From Sulfurospirillum sp. (lineage in GTDB: Bacteria; Campylobacterota; Campylobacteria; Campylobacterales; Sulfurospirillaceae), in contig JASFYR010000009.1 in NCBI GenBank assembly GCA_045047115.1, positions 32,001 to 96,000 of the forward strand: a stretch of DNA of 64,000 nt, given 5' to 3'. Shown here in pieces: positions 40,737 through 49,484 of this stretch. The notes beneath the pieces are model-generated. The model ran no database searches and was not told where the DNA came from. It saw nothing but the letters and a program-made list of their open reading frames with translations. How positions within the stretch are numbered: position 1 is the first letter of the stretch; every line of letters begins with the position of its first letter. The translations under genes were made by a program, and so were the position numbers.

Positions 40737-42388
40737 AAATATTTGAAAAGATAATATACTCCATTTTAAATTCAAAGTTTAAGAAATTTTTAGTTTTATT
40801 GATAACACTTTTGGCTTTTATCGGTTCAATCATGATGTTGCCTGCCAAGTTGGTTCTGGCAAAAATGTTACCTGGAAAAAGTGCAAATACATACTCCGTT
40901 TATATTGATACTCCAACAGGAAGCTCAATAGAGCAGACTAAAAAAGTTACTATTTGTGTAAATAAGATATTGAAAAAAGAGAAAGAAGTAAAGGACATAG
41001 AGACATATCTAGGTCTTGGTTCGCCTCTTGATTATGCCGGATTGGTTAAAGGATCCGGTTTTAAAAGAAGTGAAAATGTTGCAGAGATAGTGGTAAATCT
41101 AACCGATAAACATACAAGAGATGAAAAGTCCTTTATGATGGTACACAGGCTCAGACCTGTTATCCAAAAGAGTTGTGAGCCGCTTGTAAAAGGTACAAAT
41201 ATCAAGATGATAGAACAGCCTGCCGGCCCACCAACACTTGCTTCAATAGTTGTTGAACTTTATGGTGAAAACAGCAAGCAAATCCGTAAAATCGCAGGTG
41301 AAATTGCAACTATACTCAAAAATACAAAGGGTTTGGTTGATGTTGATGTGATGCAAGATGAAATATTTAAAAAGTTTGAATTACAAGTTAATAAAGAGAA
41401 GGTGATAAGATCCGGACTTTCAATAGAGCAGGTTAATCAGATACTTTATCTTGCTTTTGAGGGTATGAGTGTAGCTGTCAAAAACAGTGCAAATTCTCCT
41501 GAGCAGATACCGCTGTTTTTGGTTTTGAGTAAAAAAACAAAAGAGCTATCAAAATTCTCAAAGCATGATTTGATTGACAAACTCTCATCTCTAAAATTGA
41601 TGAACAAAAAAGGTATGATGATACCGGTAAATGAGATAGTAACAGTAAATGAAGTAAATTCTTCACCTACTATTATGTCCAAAAATCTGAAAAAAATGGT
41701 AAATATTACTGCTGAGACTGATTTGGTTTCGCAAGTTTATCCACTTCTAAAGGCAAGAGATAAGATAAAGAAGTTTTTTAGCAAAGATTATGAGGTGACA
41801 AATACTCATCTTTTCAATTTAAAATTGAAAAACAAGAAGAGTGGTGAAGTATTTAATCTGAATTGGGATGGAGAGATGAAGGTTACCATGGATACTTTTA
41901 GAGATCTCGGAGGTGCTTTTATAGCGGCCCTTATCTTGATATTTTTACTTATGGTAGTTTACTACAAGAGTTTTGCCATCAGTGGAATCATACTTCTTGG
42001 CAGTTTCTTGTCTATTATAGGTGTTATTGTCGGTCACTGGGTGATGGATGTCTTTACAGTTGATACATTCTTTTTGACAGCAACTTCTCTGATAGGTTTT
42101 ATTGCGCTTATGGGAATTAGCTCAAGAAACTCATTGTTGTTAATAGATTTTACTATTGGTTTGATAGGTAAAGGGATGGAGAAGAAAAGAGCGATAGCGG
42201 TGGCAACTGCTACAAGAGCAAAACCTATCTTTCTAACGGCTGCGGCAATTATACTTGCAAGTACACTGCTCGCAAGAGATCCAATCTTCGGGGGTCTTGG
42301 TGTGGCATTGATATTTGGTACAATTGCCGCGGTTGCAGTATCTCTAATTTTTGTACCAGTGCTTATGGATAATACAAAATCCATATAA
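40733..42388 (+). CDS. RND permease, C-terminal half
   Basis: Own AAGGAG RBS and ATGA overlap; PAGPP, WDGEM, GISSRNSLLL, TRAKPIFLT. Confidence 0.9.
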   Translation: MKIFEKIIYSILNSKFKKFLVLLITLLAFIGSIMMLPAKLVLAKMLPGKSANTYSVYIDTPTGSSIEQTKKVTICVNKILKKEKEVKDIETYLGLGSPLDYAGLVKGSGFKRSENVAEIVVNLTDKHTRDEKSFMMVHRLRPVIQKSCEPLVKGTNIKMIEQPAGPPTLASIVVELYGENSKQIRKIAGEIATILKNTKGLVDVDVMQDEIFKKFELQVNKEKVIRSGLSIEQVNQILYLAFEGMSVAVKNSANSPEQIPLFLVLSKKTKELSKFSKHDLIDKLSSLKLMNKKGMMIPVNEIVTVNEVNSSPTIMSKNLKKMVNITAETDLVSQVYPLLKARDKIKKFFSKDYEVTNTHLFNLKLKNKKSGEVFNLNWDGEMKVTMDTFRDLGGAFIAALILIFLLMVVYYKSFAISGIILLGSFLSIIGVIVGHWVMDVFTVDTFFLTATSLIGFIALMGISSRNSLLLIDFTIGLIGKGMEKKRAIAVATATRAKPIFLTAAAIILASTLLARDPIFGGLGVALIFGTIAAVAVSLIFVPVLMDNTKSI

Positions 42389-42405
42389 TAAATCGAAATG
42401 ATACT

Positions 42406-42448
42406 TAGTGGACGATAGTTTATTCGTCCACTATCCTCTCTTTTCTTT
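42406..42448 (+). terminator. Intrinsic terminator of the efflux operon
   Basis: tagtggacga/tcgtccacta stem followed by a pyrimidine/T-rich tract. Confidence 0.7.
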
Positions 42449-42932
42449 CCCCATAAATATATAAATAATTCTATAAACATTACCCAGTAGAGATTCGAGT
42501 TTATTGCTTATCAATAAACAATTATGCACTTCATTTAAATCATTTTTTTCTTTTACAGTTAAATTAATCACAAAAATTTCCTTGTTTTTTAATTCAAATA
42601 GTATAACTAAAAACATATAAAATATACATAAAATACCATTATATATAGTAATTATAGTATAATATGCATATAGACTATGGTAAAATATAGTATTAAAACT
42701 ATAAAAACTATAAAATATTTATAATACATACGGTAAAATGTATAAAATATAAATTAAATTAGGCGATGATTATTTTGATTATTTTATTGATTTTTAGATT
42801 GCTGATTTGTTGCAATATTAAATTGTCAACTTTCTTTATGATTGGTGCTTACACGGATTGTGCTCTGATGGGTAAATTCTTTAATTTTAATATATTTTTG
42901 ATATAATCACTTAAAATAATACAGGAGAAAGT

Positions 42933-43496
42933 ATGGCAACATATTCTATGGGTGATTTGAAAAAAGGTTTAAAGATAGAGCTAAACGGAGTTCCATATAA
43001 AATTGTAGAATACCAACATGTAAAACCAGGCAAGGGGGCAGCCTTTGTCAGAGTAAAAATGAAATCTTATGCGAATGCTAAAGTTATAGAGAAGACTTTT
43101 CATGCAGGGGATAAGTGCGAAGCTCCTGATCTAGAAGATAAAACTATGCAGTATCTCTACGATGACGGAGAGTTTATGCAGTTTATGGACGGTGTTACTT
43201 ATGATCAGATTGGTTTAACAAGAGATCAGGTTGGAGATGCAGCAAATTGGATCGTAGATGGTATGAATGTCGATATACTTTTTCATAATGGCAAGCCAAT
43301 AGGTGTAGATGCTCCGGCGGTTGTGGAACTGAAAATTATCGAAACACCGCCAAATTTCAAAGGTGATTCGCAAGGCGGAAAAAAACCTGCAACATTAGAA
43401 AGCGGTGCGGTTGTTCAGATACCATATCATGTCCTAGAGGGCGATACCATAAGAGTAGATACAGCCAAAGGCGAGTACCTAGAAAAGGTTAAATAG
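42933..43496 (+). CDS. efp: Translation elongation factor P
   Basis: [34 protein letters not shown] promoter at 42899. Confidence 0.97.
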   Translation: MATYSMGDLKKGLKIELNGVPYKIVEYQHVKPGKGAAFVRVKMKSYANAKVIEKTFHAGDKCEAPDLEDKTMQYLYDDGEFMQFMDGVTYDQIGLTRDQVGDAANWIVDGMNVDILFHNGKPIGVDAPAVVELKIIETPPNFKGDSQGGKKPATLESGAVVQIPYHVLEGDTIRVDTAKGEYLEKVK

Positions 43497-43663
43497 AAAA
43501 ATCCGGCCGATAGACTTAGCTTTAGCAGTATATGAATTAATCAGGAATTCATTAGAGAGTAAAAATTAAGGCAATGCCACCGTCAGGTTGTGCTTCAATA
43601 GCGTGTGAGAATTGACCGGTAATTTACTTTCTGGTCCAGATGACAGTAAAATAGGAGGATGTA

Positions 43664-44206
43664 ATGTTAAAAGTTTTAGTGCCATTAGCAAATGGTTTTG
43701 AAGAGATTGAAGCTATGAGTGTAATAGATATTTTACGCAGAGCAGATATTGATGTGATCATAGCCGGGTTGGGTAAAAAACAGGTCGTTGGTGCACATGG
43801 TGTAAAAGTTCAAGCAGATGGGCATATAGAAGATATGAAAAGTGATGATTTTGATATGATTGTATTGCCCGGTGGACTTCCCGGAGCTACAAATCTTCAA
43901 AAAGATAAAACAGTCCAAAAACTTTTGAGAGATTTTGATAAAGATAAAAAATTTATCGGTGCTATATGTGCTGCTCCTATCGCTTTGCAAAGTGCCGGAG
44001 TGCTAAAAGAGAATTATACATGCTATCCGTCATTTGAGACAAATATAAGAGAAGAGGGATATGCCCCGAATAAAAATGTGGTAAGTGATGAAAATATATT
44101 AACCTCAAGAGGTCCGGCTACCGCAATGGAGTTTGCTTTGGCTATAGTTGCGAAACTCTCGGGTGATGAAAAATCGGCTGAAATTAAGGGTCAATTACTT
44201 TTATAA
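43664..44206 (+). CDS. DJ-1/YajL (ThiJ) family glyoxalase/deglycase
   Basis: GFEEIEA, LPGG, AICAAP, TSRGP. Confidence 0.93.
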   Translation: MLKVLVPLANGFEEIEAMSVIDILRRADIDVIIAGLGKKQVVGAHGVKVQADGHIEDMKSDDFDMIVLPGGLPGATNLQKDKTVQKLLRDFDKDKKFIGAICAAPIALQSAGVLKENYTCYPSFETNIREEGYAPNKNVVSDENILTSRGPATAMEFALAIVAKLSGDEKSAEIKGQLLL

Positions 44207-44215
44207 GGATATGCC

Positions 44216-44911
44216 ATGAAATTACTATTGTCTGTTTTGGTTTTGTTTCTTTTTTATGGATGCTCGGATCAATCAAAAAAAGATACAAAAAAGGCGAACT
44301 CTGTAGAAAAAAAGGTTGTGGTGGTTAAAAAAGAGGTTGTAAAACCAAAAAAAGAAGAAGTAAAAAAAGTTCTCAAGAAAGAGCAGCCAAAAAGAGCTGA
44401 AGTTCAAAAAGTAATCACTAAAACAAAAGAGAAAGTCAAAGAGATTGCAAAAACAGTTGTAAGTGTTACTCAAAATAAAGAGGTTGAGAAAGTTACTCAA
44501 AAGATAACAAAAGCTTTAGACAGTATCTCTTTGTCAGCAACCCAGTCTCCAACAGTTAAAGCTACACAAAAAGAAGCAAGCAGCAATCAAGCGAATGATA
44601 TTCAAAATGTAGCAACTGACTTGATGGCAGGTTTTGGTTCTTCAGCCACGAAGCCAAAGAAAAACTCTATTGATGGTGTTGCGCTTTTTAAGTCAAAATG
44701 TTCATCTTGTCATGGTGTTAAAGCTGGAAAAAAAGCACTGGGAAAATCAGAAATTATAGCCAAGTGGGACAGCAAAAAGATTTTAGATGCACTCCATGGC
44801 TATAAAAATGGAACATTTGGTGGCAGTATGAAAGCAATCATGCAAGGTCAGGCAAAAGGACTTAGTGATGATCAGATATCTGTATTGGCAAATATTATAT
44901 CAAAATTTTAA
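44216..44911 (+). CDS. Lipoprotein cytochrome c553-like with a long low-complexity tether
   Basis: Lipobox FYGC, K/E/V/T-rich linker, CSSCH, Met ligand region GSMKAIM. Confidence 0.85.
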   Translation: MKLLLSVLVLFLFYGCSDQSKKDTKKANSVEKKVVVVKKEVVKPKKEEVKKVLKKEQPKRAEVQKVITKTKEKVKEIAKTVVSVTQNKEVEKVTQKITKALDSISLSATQSPTVKATQKEASSNQANDIQNVATDLMAGFGSSATKPKKNSIDGVALFKSKCSSCHGVKAGKKALGKSEIIAKWDSKKILDALHGYKNGTFGGSMKAIMQGQAKGLSDDQISVLANIISKF

Positions 44912-44917
44912 ATCTTC

Positions 44918-44940
44918 AAGGAGGGCGAGTCCCTCCTTTA
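44918..44940 (+). terminator. Stem-loop terminator
   Basis: aaggaggg/ccctcctt. Confidence 0.6.
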
Positions 44941-44964
44941 TCTAAATTATGCTAAAATTCCTCT

Positions 44965-45807
44965 ATGAATAAAAATATACAAATAGGTCAGCTCAACACT
45001 CTTGAGATTGATAGGATTACCGACCATGGACTCTTTTTGACTAGTAGCGATGGTGAAGATGTGCTTTTGCCAAATGCTTATGTGAGCGATGATATGAAAC
45101 TCTTGGATGAAATAGAAGTTTTCATATATACCGATTCAGAAGACAGGCTAATAGCTACAACTCTTAGACCAAAAGCTATGCTTGATGAGTTTGCATATAT
45201 GGAGGTGGTGGACGTTGCACCGTTTGGGGCATTTGTAGATTGGGGCTTGCCAAAAGATCTCTTTGTCCCAAAAGCTCTACAAAAAATTCCACTAAAAGTT
45301 GGTATGAAGTTTGTCTTTAGAGTCTGCTTGGATGAAGAGACAAATCGCTTGGTAGGTGCTCATAAATTTAAAAAATTTATAAGAGATGATGTGGAAGAAC
45401 TTGAGGTAAACCAACAAGTGCATATTATTATAAGAGAAAAGACACCACTTGGTTTTAAAGTCATCGTCAACAACCTGTATGAAGCTATGATTTTTCATAA
45501 TGAAATTTTTGAGGATATCTGGGTAGGACAGAAAAAAATAGCCTATGTCAAAAAGATAAGGGCGGATAGAAAACTCGATATATCACTTCAACCCATCGGC
45601 AAAACAAATACTGATACAGCAAGCCACAGAGTAGAAAAGATACTGAGAGAAAATGACGGGAGATTGGAATTTAACTACAAAAGCTCGCCTGAGGAGATAA
45701 AAGAGAGATTTGGACTTAGTAAGAAAAATTATAAAAGAGCGCTGACAACTCTGCTTGATGAGAAGAAAATCACTCTCGATGAGGATGGGATTTGCCTAAA
45801 TCATTAG
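44965..45807 (+). CDS. cvfB: CvfB-family S1 RNA-binding protein
   Basis: VFIYTDSEDR, GAFVDWGLPKDL, SKKNYKRA winged helix. Confidence 0.9.
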   Translation: MNKNIQIGQLNTLEIDRITDHGLFLTSSDGEDVLLPNAYVSDDMKLLDEIEVFIYTDSEDRLIATTLRPKAMLDEFAYMEVVDVAPFGAFVDWGLPKDLFVPKALQKIPLKVGMKFVFRVCLDEETNRLVGAHKFKKFIRDDVEELEVNQQVHIIIREKTPLGFKVIVNNLYEAMIFHNEIFEDIWVGQKKIAYVKKIRADRKLDISLQPIGKTNTDTASHRVEKILRENDGRLEFNYKSSPEEIKERFGLSKKNYKRALTTLLDEKKITLDEDGICLNH

Positions 45808-47006
45808 CAATCGTAGGGGCTGGAGCTAGTAGTCTTGTCGCGGCAATTGTCGCGGCACGGACTGGAGCAAAAGTAACGATTTTTGAAAAAAATAACAAAG
45901 TGGGCAAAAAGATACTTGCTACCGGAAACGGTAGGTGCAATATCACAAACAAAACAATCAAAACAACTTCTTATCACGGTTCAAATCCAAGATTTGTCAA
46001 TATGGCAGTAGATAGATTTAACACCTCTGTATGTAGAGATTTTTTTGAAAAGATTGGTATAGATATGGTTGAGGGGCAAAAAGGCAGACTTTACCCTAAA
46101 AGTCTGCAATCTTCAAGTGTAGTTAATCTTTTGGTTTATGAGTGCGAGAGGCAGGGTGCTGAGATACTACTTAATCAAGAGGTTACAGATATAGTAAAAG
46201 AGGGTGAAAAGTTTGCTCTACATGTAGAGGATAAAAAGTATTATAGCGATTTTGTTTTGATAGCAACAGGTGGATTAGCGATGCCGAGTCTTGGGGCTAG
46301 CGAAAGTGGATATAGATTTGCCAAAAAGTTTGGGCATACTATTATCCCGACCTTTGCTTCTTTGGTGCAGCTGGAGACAAAAGAGGACTTTAAAAGTATA
46401 AGTGGCGTGAAAATACAAGGTGCCATCGAAGTGTTGCAAGGCAGAGAGAGGTTGACTTTTGCAAGTGGAGATATACTCTTCACAAACTACGGTATATCAG
46501 GCTCAGCTATTTTGGATATCAGCAGAGTGGTAAACAAGCTTTTACAGTACAACGACAAAGTCTCAGTAAATATTGATTTGATGAACGAATACTCAAAAGA
46601 ACAGCTAAAAAATATCTTGATTAAAAGAGCTAAAAATTCAAATGGCAAAACTATATCTTTATGGCTGAATGGTTTTGTAAACTCTAAGTTAACACTCTTT
46701 TTGTCAAAAAATATGAGAGTAAAAAATGCAGATAATTTAAATACAAAAGATATAACAAATCTAGTTTATTTGCTAAAAAATTTTAAAGCCACAATCATCG
46801 GCTCAAGAGGTTTTAAAAGTGCCGAAGTAACGGCAGGAGGAGTAAGCACAGATGAGATAAGTCCAAGAACCTTTGAGTCTAAACTTCAAAAAAGACTCTA
46901 TTTTAGCGGAGAGGTTTTAGACATAGATGCAGACTGCGGGGGTTATAATCTACACTGGGCATGGGCTAGTGGATATAGTGCAGGTTTGGCAATTGGCCAT
47001 GAGTAA
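45792..47006 (+). CDS. HI0933/YhiN/BaiN-family flavoprotein
   Basis: GKKILATGNGRCNITN, ATGG, VTAGGV, GEVLD, GGYNLHWAW. Confidence 0.92.
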   Translation: MPKSLAIVGAGASSLVAAIVAARTGAKVTIFEKNNKVGKKILATGNGRCNITNKTIKTTSYHGSNPRFVNMAVDRFNTSVCRDFFEKIGIDMVEGQKGRLYPKSLQSSSVVNLLVYECERQGAEILLNQEVTDIVKEGEKFALHVEDKKYYSDFVLIATGGLAMPSLGASESGYRFAKKFGHTIIPTFASLVQLETKEDFKSISGVKIQGAIEVLQGRERLTFASGDILFTNYGISGSAILDISRVVNKLLQYNDKVSVNIDLMNEYSKEQLKNILIKRAKNSNGKTISLWLNGFVNSKLTLFLSKNMRVKNADNLNTKDITNLVYLLKNFKATIIGSRGFKSAEVTAGGVSTDEISPRTFESKLQKRLYFSGEVLDIDADCGGYNLHWAWASGYSAGLAIGHE

Positions 47007-47038
47007 AACCTATATAGAAAAATTAATATAAAAATTGC

Positions 47039-47779
47039 CTATGAGTCTATCCACTCCTTTGCCGCTTTTAGCTGATTGTAGTCAAAATTTTTAACTTGGG
47101 CACTTACAAAATGACTTCCGACTTTTTCGCCTAAATCTCCGACAAAAGAGTCAGTGACAAAGGCTAGTTTTTTGATGTGCCTGTGGTGCTCTTTTATAAA
47201 TTCCATATGAGATATAAATGCTCCAAATGATTTCCATCCGGGAAAATCTTTTGTGTAGATGATGAAGCCATTTAATTTTCCGTTTTCTTCTATAAGCGGA
47301 TCTATGAGCTCTTTGGCTTCTATGAAGTCATCTTTGCTTAGAGCTTTAAGTGGTTCAAGAATCACGGTTTTTGTTTTGATATCAAATAAAATTTTTAAAT
47401 TTGGATGTAATATATCTTTTTCCAAAAGCCAAACCTTAGCTTTTTCTATATCTTCGTTGCTAAAAGTTTTTATGTCACCAGGAATTGTAAAAGAAAAGGC
47501 TTTTACAGCATCTATAATCCAGCTTATATCGCTAACAACAGCTATCTTTTCCCAAGCTGAGTAAAACATAAAACCGGCCTTGGCATCATCTATCATGGCT
47601 GAAAAGTCATAAGAATCAAAATCTTTACCCACTTGATACAACACTTTGAGCCTGCTACCTTCTTTTAGTTTTGACCGCAATGCTGGAATAAGTACTTTTT
47701 CATAATCCTCACCAACAACCTTACCACTAAGTTCAAAACCTATCACATTGTCTCCAATATCATTAAGTATCTTGATCAT
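47039..47779 (-). CDS. Tandem SpoIIAA-like (STAS/SEC14) domain protein
   Basis: Two repeats ending KIAVVSD...AKVWL and KLAFVTD...AKEWI; ATG 47779 preceded by AGGAG (ORF track starts at 47809). Confidence 0.85.
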   Translation of the reverse strand: MIKILNDIGDNVIGFELSGKVVGEDYEKVLIPALRSKLKEGSRLKVLYQVGKDFDSYDFSAMIDDAKAGFMFYSAWEKIAVVSDISWIIDAVKAFSFTIPGDIKTFSNEDIEKAKVWLLEKDILHPNLKILFDIKTKTVILEPLKALSKDDFIEAKELIDPLIEENGKLNGFIIYTKDFPGWKSFGAFISHMEFIKEHHRHIKKLAFVTDSFVGDLGEKVGSHFVSAQVKNFDYNQLKAAKEWIDS

Positions 47780-47890
47780 CTTACTTCTCCTTTCGTGTTT
47801 GATTTGCACATATCATAGCACAAAAACAGTATAATGTCTGTAATATATTGAAAATTTTACAGTATAATTTCACAAAGCTCTACATGTGGA

Positions 47891-47951
47891 GGTGATGGGG
47901 TTCGCCGTGTGATCGTTCTTCTGAACTTATAATTCCTGTAAAATAGGGGGT
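47891..47951 (+). ncRNA. Fluoride riboswitch (crcB motif)
   Basis: GGUGAUGGGGUUCGCC core; P1 GGUGA/UCGCC, P2 GUUC/GAAC, pseudoknot GGGGUU/AAUUCC (47931-47936); TATAAT at 47863 upstream. Confidence 0.8.
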
Positions 47952-47954
47952 AAT

Positions 47955-49484
47955 ATGCAGTTTTTTAGTATTCTTTTTAGGCAAAATACAAAAGTCGAAG
48001 AGCTCTCGTCTTCACTTGATTTTTATGCAGATTTAAACCTTGACCAAATCATAGAAACTGTAATTTCTTACAAAAAAAAGTTTGATATAAAGAAGTTTTT
48101 TTATATGCCACTTACCGACAAGGAGAGTATCGTATATAGGCAAGAGATTGTAAAAGATCTACAAAATAAGAAGTTTTATCTAAGGGTTGATGAGTTTTCA
48201 CATAAATTGTTAGATATAAAGAACTACCGTGATATGATAAAAGATTTGGAGTTTAAGGAGTACAAAAACGGTTGGTTTTTGCAGATGGCTATGCTCTACT
48301 GTGAGGCGTTGATGAGTTTTTATGAAATTTTAAAATCAACTGATTTACACTCACAGGGTTTACTCGCATTTTATAAATATCTACATGACTATTTGCGCAG
48401 CGATGTTTTCACCTCTTTACAAAAAAAGATGATGCAAATTAGAGAGAAATTAGACTCTATAATGTACGATGTAACGATTGATGGACTGACATTTAAAGTT
48501 AAAAAGTATGAAAAGGAGGATGATTATACTAAAGAGATAGGAGAAGTTTTTTCAAAATTTAAATATGGTATTACAAAAGCTCAAGATTGTCAGTTTGACA
48601 AAAACAGAGGCATAAATCATGTCAATGCAAAGATTTTGGAATTTGTAGGCAAACTCTTTCCTGAGATCTTCTTTGAGCTTCATGAGTTTTGTCAAAAATA
48701 TAGGGATTTTATCGATGAGACTTTTTTGACATTTTCCAACGAGATTGAGTTTTATATCTCATATCTTGAGTATATCCAAGGTTTGGAAGAGCAGGGTGTC
48801 TCATTTTGTTTTCCGCAAATAAACGAAGACAGCAAAGATATACTGATAGAAGAGGGATTTGATTTAGAACTTGCATATAGTTTGTCATTTGAGAAAAAAA
48901 GAATTGTGCCAAATGACTATTTGCTTCAAAATAGAGAGAGGATCATGGTTGTCACTGGAGCAAATCAGGGTGGAAAATCTACTTTTTCAAGAGCATTCGG
49001 ACAGATAAATTATCTAGCCAAGCTGGGTTTGCTTGTTCCTTCCAGTAGTGCAAAACTCTTTTTGGTTGATATGATATTTACTCACTTTGAAAAAGAGGAA
49101 GATATAAATACATTAAGTAGTAAATTGCAAGAAGATTTATTGAGAATTCATGCTGTTTTTGAAAAAACTACCACAAAAAGCTTGGTGATATTAAACGAGA
49201 TATTCTCTTCAACCTCTTTGCAGGACTCTTTGTATCTTAGTAAAAGAATCATGGAAAAGATAGATAAGTTGGATCTGCTTTGTATATGGGTGACTTTTAT
49301 ATACAGATTAAGCGGGATGAGTGAAAAAGCAATCAGTATGACAAGTGTAATAAATGAAAAAAATATAGAAAACCGAACCTATAAAATTATAAAAAAAGAA
49401 TCTGATGGCAGAGCGTATGCCAAATCTCTGGCCCAAAAATATCACCTAAGTTTTGAGCAAATCATAAAGAGGATAGGGATATGA
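47955..49484 (+). CDS. MutS domain-V ATPase A (MutS4-like, no mismatch-binding domain)
   Basis: DLNLDQI start, YRQEI, Walker A GANQGGKST, THFEKEED, LNEIFSST. Confidence 0.88.
   Translation: MQFFSILFRQNTKVEELSSSLDFYADLNLDQIIETVISYKKKFDIKKFFYMPLTDKESIVYRQEIVKDLQNKKFYLRVDEFSHKLLDIKNYRDMIKDLEFKEYKNGWFLQMAMLYCEALMSFYEILKSTDLHSQGLLAFYKYLHDYLRSDVFTSLQKKMMQIREKLDSIMYDVTIDGLTFKVKKYEKEDDYTKEIGEVFSKFKYGITKAQDCQFDKNRGINHVNAKILEFVGKLFPEIFFELHEFCQKYRDFIDETFLTFSNEIEFYISYLEYIQGLEEQGVSFCFPQINEDSKDILIEEGFDLELAYSLSFEKKRIVPNDYLLQNRERIMVVTGANQGGKSTFSRAFGQINYLAKLGLLVPSSSAKLFLVDMIFTHFEKEEDINTLSSKLQEDLLRIHAVFEKTTTKSLVILNEIFSSTSLQDSLYLSKRIMEKIDKLDLLCIWVTFIYRLSGMSEKAISMTSVINEKNIENRTYKIIKKESDGRAYAKSLAQKYHLSFEQIIKRIGI

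Noticed and set aside
40690..40760. RND split as a pseudogene or frameshift
   Set aside because: The break falls at the natural midpoint, the second half has an RBS and ATGA coupling, and both halves are intact
42431..42906. Small ORFs 42431..42616(-) and 42766..42906(+, 46 aa, hydrophobic)
   Set aside because: AT-rich spacer, poor RBS spacing, no recognisable motifs; the second overlaps the efp promoter
43585..43660. TPP riboswitch-like fragments (tgagaa, ctggtccagat) or SRP RNA upstream of the DJ-1/ThiJ gene
   Set aside because: P4/P5 pairing and the conserved TPP junction nucleotides are absent, and there is no SRP GGAA loop with its flanking motif
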